Shown here piece after piece: positions 31,291-39,731 of a stretch of DNA of 64,000 nt. The DNA comes from an uncultured Holophaga sp. Its GTDB lineage: Bacteria; Acidobacteriota; Holophagae; Holophagales; Holophagaceae. The notes beneath the pieces were generated by a model, which saw only the letters and a list, made by a program, of their open reading frames with translations, made no database searches and had not been told where the DNA came from. Position 1 is the stretch's first letter. The number at the start of each line of letters is the position of its first letter. The stretch is taken from NCBI GenBank assembly GCA_963664825.1, contig OY761614.1:1024001-1088000 (forward strand), in the 5' to 3' direction. A program made the position numbers and the translations under genes.

Positions 31291-32211
31291 ATGACCACAG
31301 CCATCGTCTGCGCCTATTCCCCCGTGGGCCGCGAGGCCCTTGGAGGCCTTCTCGAAGCCGGCGTGGAGGTATTGGCCCTCTACACCTATGTTCAAGGCCC
31401 CGATGAGAGTTGGTTCGAGGCCCCAGCCGTGTTGGCCGAGGCCCGTGGCATCCCGGTTCATCGGGAGCCCGACTTCAACGCCGATCACGTCTTCGAGGAC
31501 ATCCGCAAGGCCGCCCCCGATCTCCTCCTGAGCTTCTATTTCCGGGAGATGATCCAGGCGCGCTTCCTGCAGATCCCCCACCTGGGCGCCTACAACCTGC
31601 ACGGCTCCCTGCTGCCGAAGTACCGGGGCCGGGCGCCCATCAATTGGGTCCTGGTGAAGGGTGAGACTGAAACCGGCGTCACCCTGCATGCGATGACGCC
31701 CCAGCCCGATGACGGGGAGATCCTCGCCCAGGCCCCCATCCCCATCGAATGGGACGATACGGCCCTCAGCCTCACGCTCAAGGCCGCTCGCGCAGGACGT
31801 GAACTCGTGCGCGACTGCGTTCCTCGCATCGCCGAAGGGAAGGCGTCCAGGGTCCTCCAAAAGCAGATCGGCCCTTCCACCTACTTCGGAGGACGAAAGC
31901 CCCAGGACAGCCGCCTGGATTTCGGGATGACCCTGCGGGAGGCCTTCAACCAGATCCGCGCCGTGGCCGATCCCTGGCCCAACGCCTTCCTGGAGACCCC
32001 GAAGGGGCGGGTCAAACTGCCCTGGGCCCTGCCCTCGACTGCGCCCTGCCCCGTCGGCCACTTTCGTTCCACCCCAGAAGGCGTGCTCCTGGGCTTTGCC
32101 GACGGGGCCTTGCGGCTCGTGGCCCTGCACCAGGACGGGTCCCGCAGCGAACGTCCCACGGAGCACGCAGCCTGGCTCCGGGCCCTGGACATCCCCGAGG
32201 CGAGAACCTAA
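31291..32211 (+). CDS. Formyltransferase similar to the ArnA N-terminal domain (N10-formyl-THF dependent)
   Basis: GGAG SD before ATG 31291; PDLLLSFYFR, YNLHGSLLPKYRGRAPINW, GVTLH, and YFGGRKPQDS...IRAVADPWP. Confidence 0.85.
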   Translation: MTTAIVCAYSPVGREALGGLLEAGVEVLALYTYVQGPDESWFEAPAVLAEARGIPVHREPDFNADHVFEDIRKAAPDLLLSFYFREMIQARFLQIPHLGAYNLHGSLLPKYRGRAPINWVLVKGETETGVTLHAMTPQPDDGEILAQAPIPIEWDDTALSLTLKAARAGRELVRDCVPRIAEGKASRVLQKQIGPSTYFGGRKPQDSRLDFGMTLREAFNQIRAVADPWPNAFLETPKGRVKLPWALPSTAPCPVGHFRSTPEGVLLGFADGALRLVALHQDGSRSERPTEHAAWLRALDIPEART

Positions 32212-32241
32212 CTTGGGTTCCTTCGTCCCGGGAGGTCAACC

Positions 32242-32556
32242 ATGAAGCGTCTCACCGCCCTGTTGCTGGTGCCTTCCATCCTTCTGGTGGCAAGCGATGG
32301 GGCGCCGAAGAAGCCCTCCCGCAGGGGAGGCCCTGTCGGTTCAACCCGAGAGGCCAAGGCCATCGCCGAGCAGGAAACCGGCGGCAAGGCTCTCAGTGCT
32401 CGCCGGATCCCCCTCAATGGCGCCTCGGGAGGCTGGGAAGTGGATGTCCACATGCCCAGGGAGAGCCAGGGCTGGCGCTGCATCATCGACGCCGACACCC
32501 ATTCGGTCCACACCAAGGACCGCATCCCCAATCCCCCGTTGAAGCCTCGGCGCTGA
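32242..32556 (+). CDS. Small exported PepSY-domain protein
   Basis: GGAGG SD and signal peptide; EAKAIA...GG...WEVDV...IIDADT pattern. Confidence 0.7.
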   Translation: MKRLTALLLVPSILLVASDGAPKKPSRRGGPVGSTREAKAIAEQETGGKALSARRIPLNGASGGWEVDVHMPRESQGWRCIIDADTHSVHTKDRIPNPPLKPRR

Positions 32557-32669
32557 GCCCCGTTCGGCTCCCTCTTCCCTCCTCTCGGCGAGGGAAAGCA
32601 CATCCTCACATCCCACCTTGACCGGACGCTTACACTTGTCCTGCGGCGGAGGTCGCTTCGGAGGTCAAA

Positions 32670-33716
32670 ATGGGTTTGATGGACTGGGGCAAGGCCCAAT
32701 TCCTCGATATTCTCGAGTGGCTGGACGACTCCAACGACACCATGGCCTGGCGCTTCCCCATGCGCGGCCAGGAGATCCAGAATGGCGGCAAGCTGGTGGT
32801 GCGCGAAAGCCAGGAGGCGGTCTTCGTCAACGAGGGCCAGTTTGCGGACTGCTTCACACCGGGCACCCACAATCTGACCACACAGAACCTGCCGGTTTTG
32901 GCGACACTCAAGGGCTGGAAGTACGGCTTCGAGAGCCCCTTCAAGAGCGATGTCTACTTCCTGAACACCAAGCTTTTCAATGATCTGGGATGGGGCACGC
33001 CCAACCCGATCATGATGCGCGATGCGGATTTCGGTATGCTGCGCATCCGCGCCTTCGGCATCTACTCCATCCGGGTGAAGGACTCCAAGAGCTTCCTGAA
33101 GAATGTCGTGGGCACCAACGGCCTGTTCACCGTGGCTGATATCCAGGAGCAGCTGCGCAAGAGCATCATCAGCAAGTTCACGGACGCCCTCGGCGAAGCC
33201 AAGATCCCCGCCCTGGATCTGGCGGCCAAGTACGACGAGATCAGCGATCTGCTGCGCCAGAAGATGGACCCCGAATTCCAGACCATGGGACTGGAGTGCT
33301 CCAAGCTCTTCATCGAGAACATCAGCCTCCCCGAAGAAGTCGAGGCCATGATGGACAAGCGCACCAGCGTGGGCATGATGGCCCCGGTCATGGGCGCCTA
33401 CACCCAGATGCAGGTGGCCGATTCCATCCCGCTGGCCGCCTCCAACCCCGGCGGCGTGGCCGGCATGGGCATGGGCGTGGGCCTGGGCTTCGGCATGGGC
33501 AACATGATGGGCAACCAGATGGGCCAGGCCGCTGCCCAGATGAACCAGGGCCTCGGTCAGACGGGCCAGGCGGCACCCATTCCCGCCGCTCCGACCAAGA
33601 CACTCAAGGAAGAACTGACGGATCTGAAGGATCTCTTCGATTCCCAGCTCATCACCCAGGCCGAGTTCGACGCCCAGCGCGGCACCATCATGAAGAAGCA
33701 CGGGATGGGCGTGTAG
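32670..33716 (+). CDS. SPFH (band 7)-like protein, YdjI/virion-core type, with a C-terminal SHOCT domain
   Basis: LVVRESQEAVFV, TQNLPVL, SPFKSDVYF, WGTPNP, ISLPEEV, a GMG-rich linker, and LKDLFDSQLITQAEFDAQR (SHOCT). Confidence 0.88.
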   Translation: MGLMDWGKAQFLDILEWLDDSNDTMAWRFPMRGQEIQNGGKLVVRESQEAVFVNEGQFADCFTPGTHNLTTQNLPVLATLKGWKYGFESPFKSDVYFLNTKLFNDLGWGTPNPIMMRDADFGMLRIRAFGIYSIRVKDSKSFLKNVVGTNGLFTVADIQEQLRKSIISKFTDALGEAKIPALDLAAKYDEISDLLRQKMDPEFQTMGLECSKLFIENISLPEEVEAMMDKRTSVGMMAPVMGAYTQMQVADSIPLAASNPGGVAGMGMGVGLGFGMGNMMGNQMGQAAAQMNQGLGQTGQAAPIPAAPTKTLKEELTDLKDLFDSQLITQAEFDAQRGTIMKKHGMGV

Positions 33717-33734
33717 CTTCCCCCACACTTCGCA

Positions 33735-34784
33735 TCAGCGCTCCAGGAGGATGGAATCCTGGAGCGCTTTTACGTGATCCAGCAGGAGGTCCGGAGCAAG
33801 GACGGGTCTGTCTTGGGGGGCTGGCCTAGCCTCGATGCGCGAGAGGATGGCAGGGCCCCAAGGCTCCCAGGCATCCAGTCCCAAACGGTCTGCCAACGGG
33901 CGCAACACGGCCTCTGGGCTCGCCACAAGCGCCTCGTACGAGATCGCCGATTGTTCGCGAAAAACGCCTTCGGCCTGCAACTGCCCGATCAAATCGCCGT
34001 AGGCAGACAGGGCCTTTCCGAGGAAGTCCTCGATCTCACCCCCGGGAGCGTTCCAGAGACCATAGCGCTCGGCCATGGCCCGCCACATGACCACATTGGA
34101 TCGCCAGAGTTCCTGGGGCGAGCGCAGGATCCACAGGAAGCGCGCCCGCGGATACCGAGCCGCGAGGGCCCTGTAGCGGAAGAGATGGTTCGGCGATTTC
34201 ACGACCATCCGAGCCTGATCCTTCCTCCGGCACCAGGAGAGAAAACACTCCAAGGATTTCAGCCAACTGGTATCGCTCGAACTCCAGAACCCCGGATCCA
34301 GGAGGGCCTCCAGCTCTGGAAGGCGGCGGGGATCCAGGAAGCCCCGGTAGACACTGGGCACCCCCATGGCCATCAGGGCGAATTCATCCTCCTGGGGCGA
34401 ATCATTCGAGACCAGCACACGATCCATGGGCCTTTGGATCGCCCCAGAGGAGGCCTTCCCCCGGCTGAGCAGCAGGGCCGAAGGATCCATGCACTGCCAG
34501 GTGCGGGGCGCGCCGCACCCTGGAGCTTCCGTGAGCAGTTCGTGCAGCAGAGTCGTGCCCGAACGCCAGAATCCCAGGATGAAGATCAGGCCCTCACCCT
34601 CCGGAAAGGGGAAGGGCTGGGTGCCGGGCCCCGTGCCCCGCAGGAGGGCGAAGTGAGGCTCCAACCAGAGGGCCCGCCAACGGTAGAGCCAGAGGACCGA
34701 GGGAGGAACGCGATCGGGACGGCCCCCCTGGCGCGCCCAATGCACCAAGTCCCGCCCGGCGGCCAGGAGGGGGCGAGGATTCAA
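33735..34784 (-). CDS. PAPS-dependent sulfotransferase (Sulfotransfer_3 / Stf-like)
   Basis: TTG start overlaps the upstream stop (TTGA) behind GGAGG; 5'-PSB loop IFILGFWRSGTTLLHELL, SPQEDEF, and KSPNH...YPRARFLWILRSP. Confidence 0.85.
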   Translation of the reverse strand: MNPRPLLAAGRDLVHWARQGGRPDRVPPSVLWLYRWRALWLEPHFALLRGTGPGTQPFPFPEGEGLIFILGFWRSGTTLLHELLTEAPGCGAPRTWQCMDPSALLLSRGKASSGAIQRPMDRVLVSNDSPQEDEFALMAMGVPSVYRGFLDPRRLPELEALLDPGFWSSSDTSWLKSLECFLSWCRRKDQARMVVKSPNHLFRYRALAARYPRARFLWILRSPQELWRSNVVMWRAMAERYGLWNAPGGEIEDFLGKALSAYGDLIGQLQAEGVFREQSAISYEALVASPEAVLRPLADRLGLDAWEPWGPAILSRIEARPAPQDRPVLAPDLLLDHVKALQDSILLER

Positions 34785-36673
34785 GGCGCCTCCGGTTTCA
34801 GGCCTCTCTTCGTGAGTTCCTCCAGGATCCGCCGGTGCATGGGGCCCACTATTTCCGGCCGGCCTTCGATCATGTTCTGATTCTCGTTCGGATCCCGGTC
34901 CAGATCGTAGAGCTCGCGCCGGGGCCAGGGCTGGGCCCAGGGGCCGAAGTGGACCACGTATTTCCAGTTCCCCTGGCGCATGGCCAGCGAGAAGGTGGGC
35001 TTCCTGGTGCTGAGATCCCTGTTCATGGAGAAGGTGGGCAGGCCTTCGGCCTTGAGGGGATAGGGCTGGCCTTCCATGCCCAGGGGAATGGGGAGACCCG
35101 CCATGTGCAGCAGGGTCGGCGCCAGATCTGCCTGTTCGAAGAGCCGCGAGACTCGCTTGGCCCCTGTGTGCCCCGGAGGCTTGATCAGGCAAGGCACGCG
35201 CACCAGGTCCTCCGTGAGTAGGGGGCCGCCGTGGCCCCCATAACCATGGGAGAAGGATTCTCCATGGTCGGCGCTCACCACCACGAGGCTGCCCTCGAAG
35301 CGCCCGTGGGCCTTCAGCCAATCCAGCAACTGACCCACGGCGGCATCCACGTAGGAGACGGCCTCGTCGTAGCGCCCCTCCAGGAGCTTCTGGCGTTCGG
35401 GATTCCCCCCAGCCGCAAACCGGTAATCAGCGGCGCTCTCCCGGACCCCCCGGACCAAAGAGGAAGGTTCGAAGCGCCCAAGGAAGGGATCCGGTGTCGC
35501 ATAGGGATCATGGGGCGGCACGAGATGGAGCCAGAAGAAGCGCGGACGGCCTGTGGGCGCCCGCCCGAGCATCTCTTCAGCCCAGGCGAGAGGAAGGCGT
35601 GTCCTGTCCCGGGAGGGTGACTGGAACAATGAGGGAACCCCCTGCTGTAGGTACAGTGCAGGCCCCACCCCATTGGCGAATACTGAAGACGGAAGGAGAT
35701 CAAGGCCAACCGTCGTATGGAATAAGCCGCCTTGCACCAGCACCCGTTCGGTACAACGCGTCGGCGTCCCCTGCCAGGCGTGATCGGCAAAGGCATTCGA
35801 GGAGACCGTGCGGATCTCATATCCCGCCCGAGCGAGACAACCCAGGAGGTTCTGGTTCTCCCTGACGCTCCGGAGGGGACGGCCCAAATCTCCGGCATGG
35901 GTCCAGGGCCTGGCCCCGTTCAAGAGACTGGCGAAACCTGGGCGGGTCCAGTTGGCATTGGCGTAGAACCCTTCGAAGAGGATGGCATCCTGGGCGAAGG
36001 CATCCAGGTGGGGACTCGTGGGCCGGGAATATCCGTAGCAGGACAGATGACGGGAGGAGAGGGCGTCCAGGGTCACCAGGATGATATCGGGCGCACTCCG
36101 GGACAAGGCGACGGGCCCACGGCCCTGGACCCGTTTCTGTTGGATCAAGGCCTCCTGGGTCAGGAATCCCAGGGCCAGAGGCAGGATGCAGAGGGCAATC
36201 CAGCGGGGGATCACCAGGCACCGCGCCAGGAAGAGGCCCCTCCAGACAAGGCCCAGGGCGCCTAGGACGAGGAATACCAGAACGCCTCGCTTGATCCAGA
36301 GGGGCGCGGTCTCGGATCCCATCCAGGCGAGCTTGATCGCCAACGCCGTCACGGCCAGGATCAGCAGATTGGCCCCATGGCCCATTCCCCAGCTCACAGC
36401 CCGAGGATAGGGCACACGGGCAAACAGCGAGAGGGCGCCGCCCAGGTAGATCAGGAGCGCCACCGCGAGAGCCGCCGGGAGGAAATTCAGGAGGACCGAC
36501 GCCCCCAAGGCCTGGCACTTCTCCAGAGGGGTGGTGCTCCCCAGCATCACCCAACCCCGCAGCATCCACTCCAGTGGAAGCCAGTAGCCCAGGAAGACCG
36601 TGACGAGGGGCATGGGGGATAGATCATGCTCCAACAGCGCATTCAGGCGATGGATCCCATCACGCAGTGTCAT
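34781..36673 (-). CDS. Membrane-bound sulfatase-like / alkaline-phosphatase-superfamily hydrolase or transferase
   Basis: About 5-6 N-terminal TM segments, then PDIILVTLDAL, NWTRPGFASLL, PPHDPY, YDEAVSYVD, SADHGE and ELYDL..DP.E. Confidence 0.85.
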   Translation of the reverse strand: MTLRDGIHRLNALLEHDLSPMPLVTVFLGYWLPLEWMLRGWVMLGSTTPLEKCQALGASVLLNFLPAALAVALLIYLGGALSLFARVPYPRAVSWGMGHGANLLILAVTALAIKLAWMGSETAPLWIKRGVLVFLVLGALGLVWRGLFLARCLVIPRWIALCILPLALGFLTQEALIQQKRVQGRGPVALSRSAPDIILVTLDALSSRHLSCYGYSRPTSPHLDAFAQDAILFEGFYANANWTRPGFASLLNGARPWTHAGDLGRPLRSVRENQNLLGCLARAGYEIRTVSSNAFADHAWQGTPTRCTERVLVQGGLFHTTVGLDLLPSSVFANGVGPALYLQQGVPSLFQSPSRDRTRLPLAWAEEMLGRAPTGRPRFFWLHLVPPHDPYATPDPFLGRFEPSSLVRGVRESAADYRFAAGGNPERQKLLEGRYDEAVSYVDAAVGQLLDWLKAHGRFEGSLVVVSADHGESFSHGYGGHGGPLLTEDLVRVPCLIKPPGHTGAKRVSRLFEQADLAPTLLHMAGLPIPLGMEGQPYPLKAEGLPTFSMNRDLSTRKPTFSLAMRQGNWKYVVHFGPWAQPWPRRELYDLDRDPNENQNMIEGRPEIVGPMHRRILEELTKRGLKPEAP

Positions 36674-36897
36674 GGTTGGCTCTCGTCATCGGGCTTCGTG
36701 CGATGAAAGGCCCTGCGGATGAGGCCTCCGATGCGGTGCTTGAACTGGATTCCGAGGACGGAGACCAAAATGAAGACGGGGGCCAGCACGCGCATGAGCG
36801 TCCCGGCACTGCCCGGATCCACATAGGCCATGGCATGCAGCTCCTGGGCGAATCCCAGGAGCATGACCGAGAGGAGCACCTTAGACAGCTTCGACAA
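36670..36897 (-). CDS. Small membrane protein with signal peptide and AYVDPG motif
   Basis: TTG start behind GGAGG; signal peptide, AYVDPGSAG, a TM helix and a basic tail. The stop overlaps the next start (ATGA). Confidence 0.72.
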   Translation of the reverse strand: MSKLSKVLLSVMLLGFAQELHAMAYVDPGSAGTLMRVLAPVFILVSVLGIQFKHRIGGLIRRAFHRTKPDDESQP

Positions 36898-37062
36898 TTC
36901 CCCCTCCCGGAGAAAGGAAGGTGGAACACCCCAAGACCCGCACATAGCACGTCATTGTTCCCCCCGCCTGTCATGGATGGCGTGAAGTGTACGCCTCACT
37001 TCACATGGGGGGAATCGTTTTCACTGCTTCTTTAGCGCGCCAGGATTTCCTTGCCCAGCCCT

Positions 37063-38355
37063 TCAGCCCCAGACCTGCCGGCCTCCCACCCAGGTGCCCA
37101 GGATCTTCCCGGGGAGTTCCCAGCCCTGGAAGGGCGTGTTGAAGGCCTTGCTCTGGACGAAGGCGCGATCCACGCGGATCTTCCCGTCCAGGTCCACCAG
37201 CGTGAAATCCGCGGGATTCCCCACGGCCAGGCTGCCGAGGCCCTTCCGATCCAGATGGAAGGCCCGGGCTGGGCCCGTGGTGAGCAGTTCGATGGCTCGC
37301 GCAAGGGAGATGACCCTGCGGTTCACCAACAACTCGAGGGTGAGCGGCAGGGCCGTCTCCAGGCCAATAACGCCGAAGGCGGCCTGGGGCAGCTCGCATT
37401 CCTTGTCGTCCCAGGCATGGGGCGCGTGATCGGTGGCAATGGCGTCCACCGTACCATCCGCCAGGCCCTCCAGGATGGCCTCGATATCGGCCTGGGTGCG
37501 AAGGGGGGGGTTCATCTTGAAGTTCGGGGCGAACTTCGTCAGCTCCTTATCCGTGAGGGCAAAGTGGTGGGGCGTCACCTCGCAGGTGACCTTCAGGCCC
37601 CGCCCCTTGGCCGCCCGCACCATGGCGAGGCTGCTCTTGGTGGAGAGATGAGCCAGATGGAGATGGCCGCCGGTGTACTCCGCCAGCACCAGATCCCGGG
37701 CCACCATGACTTCCTCTGCGGCGCTGGGGATGCCCAGGCATCCGAGACGGGCACTCACGGAGCCCTCGTTCATGTAACCTTTGCCCGAGAGATTCGTGTC
37801 CTCCTCGTGGGCCACGATGGGCGCATCGAGCCAGGCCGTGTATTTGAGGGCCCGGCGCATGATGGCGGCGTTCATCACGGACTTGCCGTCATCGCTGAAG
37901 GCCACACAGCCCGCCGCCTGGAGCGTGCCATAGTCCGCCAACTCCTCGCCCTCCATGCCCCGCGTCAGGGCGCCGATGGGAAAGTAGCGGCAGAGATTGG
38001 CCCGGGCCGCGCGGGTGAGCATCATTTCCGTGATGGCCACGGAGTCATTGACCGGCTTGGTATTGGCCATGGCGCATACGGAGGTGAAGCCCCCGGCGAC
38101 GGCGGCGCGGCTGCCGGATTCGATATTTTCCTTGGCGGTCTGGCCCGGCTCCCGGAAGTGGACATGCAGATCGATGAAGCCCGGCACCAGGAGTCGGCCT
38201 CCCGCGTCCAGCACCTCGGCACCCTGGGCTTGGGCGTCAGTCTCCGCCCCTGCGCCAATGGCCTTGACCACGCCATCCACCACCAGCAGGGATCCGAGGC
38301 CATCGAGCTTCTGGAGGGGGTCCAGGATGCGGGCGTTCTTCACGAGCAGGGACAT
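37063..38355 (-). CDS. pyrC: Dihydroorotase (long type I)
   Basis: PGFIDLHVHFREPG, CAMANTKP, EVTPHH, KMNPPLR and ATDHAPH. Confidence 0.93.
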   Translation of the reverse strand: MSLLVKNARILDPLQKLDGLGSLLVVDGVVKAIGAGAETDAQAQGAEVLDAGGRLLVPGFIDLHVHFREPGQTAKENIESGSRAAVAGGFTSVCAMANTKPVNDSVAITEMMLTRAARANLCRYFPIGALTRGMEGEELADYGTLQAAGCVAFSDDGKSVMNAAIMRRALKYTAWLDAPIVAHEEDTNLSGKGYMNEGSVSARLGCLGIPSAAEEVMVARDLVLAEYTGGHLHLAHLSTKSSLAMVRAAKGRGLKVTCEVTPHHFALTDKELTKFAPNFKMNPPLRTQADIEAILEGLADGTVDAIATDHAPHAWDDKECELPQAAFGVIGLETALPLTLELLVNRRVISLARAIELLTTGPARAFHLDRKGLGSLAVGNPADFTLVDLDGKIRVDRAFVQSKAFNTPFQGWELPGKILGTWVGGRQVWG

Positions 38356-38416
38356 GGGCACCTCGGCGGAAGGCTCCATGGTACCGCGCCCGGCCCTGTC
38401 ATGGCGATGTCGCGGA

Positions 38417-39382
38417 TCAATGATGGTGCTCTTCGGCCTCGTGCCTATGGCAAAACCTGTGATCATGGCCTTCTGCCATGGCCGGAGTCTCGAAGTGGAT
38501 GGTCAGATGGCGAACATCGAAATCCTCCTTGAGCACCCCTTCGATGGCCACTAGGTAGCGCGAGGTCTCATCCAGGCGCTGGGCTTCCACGGCGATGTGC
38601 GCTGTCGCCACCACGAGATGGCTGCAGACTCGCCAGGAGCGCAGGTCCTCCACACCCAGCACGCCCGGGATCTCCAGCAGCCGCTGGCGAGCCAAGGCAT
38701 GATCGAAGGCCGCCCGATGCATGAGGATGCCGAAGGCGTCCCACAATAATCCGAAGGCCCCCCGCAGAATCACCAGCACGATCACCAGGGCGATGACGGG
38801 ATCCACCCACCACCAGCCAGTGAGGCGCATCAGAATCATGGAGACCACCAGGGCGATGCTCGTGAAGGCATCCGAGGCCGCATGGACGTAGGCCGCCCTG
38901 AGACTCGCGTCCCGCTGGAGCAACCCTTTCTGCTTCGGCCTCAGGGCCCAGGTGGCCGCCAGGTTCAGGACCAGGCCACTCAAGGCGAAGACCAACACCC
39001 AGCCCACCTGGATGGGTTGAGCGTGGCCAAAGCGATGGAAGGCCTCCAGGGAGACAGCCCCAGCCAGCACCAGCAGCATGCCGGCACCGAAGATGGTATT
39101 GAAGACCTCCAGCCGGTGCCAGCCGTAGGCATAGCGATCACTGGGCTCCCGGCCATTGGCGACCACCAGGCTCGTGAGGCCCACCAGATTCACAATCACG
39201 TCATTGAGGTTCTCCAGGCTATCGGAGATGAGCCCCAGGGAACCCGTCCACAGCCCGCCAATACCCTGGCAGAGCGCGCTGAACCCGAAGATCGCCGCAC
39301 TCCAGGCCAGCCGCCTGGTGGTCCCGGGTTCCTGATGCGCCTGCCCGCCTCGTTCCTGCCCCCTCAGGGTCTGCCGCGCCAC
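38417..39382 (-). CDS. Cation diffusion facilitator (CzcD/ZitB-like)
   Basis: GTG start behind GGAGG; GSLGLISDSLE, YAYGWHRLE, RAAYVHAASD, VDP, HLTIHFE and a His-rich tail. Confidence 0.88.
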   Translation of the reverse strand: MARQTLRGQERGGQAHQEPGTTRRLAWSAAIFGFSALCQGIGGLWTGSLGLISDSLENLNDVIVNLVGLTSLVVANGREPSDRYAYGWHRLEVFNTIFGAGMLLVLAGAVSLEAFHRFGHAQPIQVGWVLVFALSGLVLNLAATWALRPKQKGLLQRDASLRAAYVHAASDAFTSIALVVSMILMRLTGWWWVDPVIALVIVLVILRGAFGLLWDAFGILMHRAAFDHALARQRLLEIPGVLGVEDLRSWRVCSHLVVATAHIAVEAQRLDETSRYLVAIEGVLKEDFDVRHLTIHFETPAMAEGHDHRFCHRHEAEEHHH

Positions 39383-39503
39383 ATCCACCTCCCGATACCC
39401 GGGAGTATAGCGGCGAGCCTCCCTGCCGCACCCGTGCGGGGAACGGCCCTTCAGCCTCTCGCGAAGGCGAACCCCTGACTCTGCGACTGGAGGCTCGAAC
39501 CCT

Positions 39504-39731
39504 TCACTCGACTTCGACAACTTCGATGAGTTCGTCGTCTTCCTCGGCGAAATCGCCCTCTTCCATCAGGATCTTCTTGATCCGACAGGCCTCGGGGGCG
39601 TTCACGTAGAAGGGCGTCCGAGCGGAGTCCGCCCCTTCCATGAGCACGAGCGCCTCGTCCTCCTCCACTTCCTGGCCCAGCCGGACGAACACGTCCACCA
39701 CGGTGCCCGGCCATTCCGCCCTGATGATCAT
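39504..39731 (-). CDS. Small acidic biotinyl/lipoyl-like (hybrid motif) protein lacking the attachment Lys
   Basis: GGAGG SD before ATG 39731; MIIRAEWPGTVVDVFVRLGQEVEEDEALVLME...VNAP...IKKILMEEGD...LIEV fits the biotin/lipoyl domain pattern. Confidence 0.72.
   Translation of the reverse strand: MIIRAEWPGTVVDVFVRLGQEVEEDEALVLMEGADSARTPFYVNAPEACRIKKILMEEGDFAEEDDELIEVVEVE

Noticed and set aside
34785..35321. Apparent 179-aa N-terminal extension of the sulfotransferase ORF
   Set aside because: It overlaps the sulfatase-like gene in another frame. A TTG start with a GGAGG SD at 34784 explains the gene without it.
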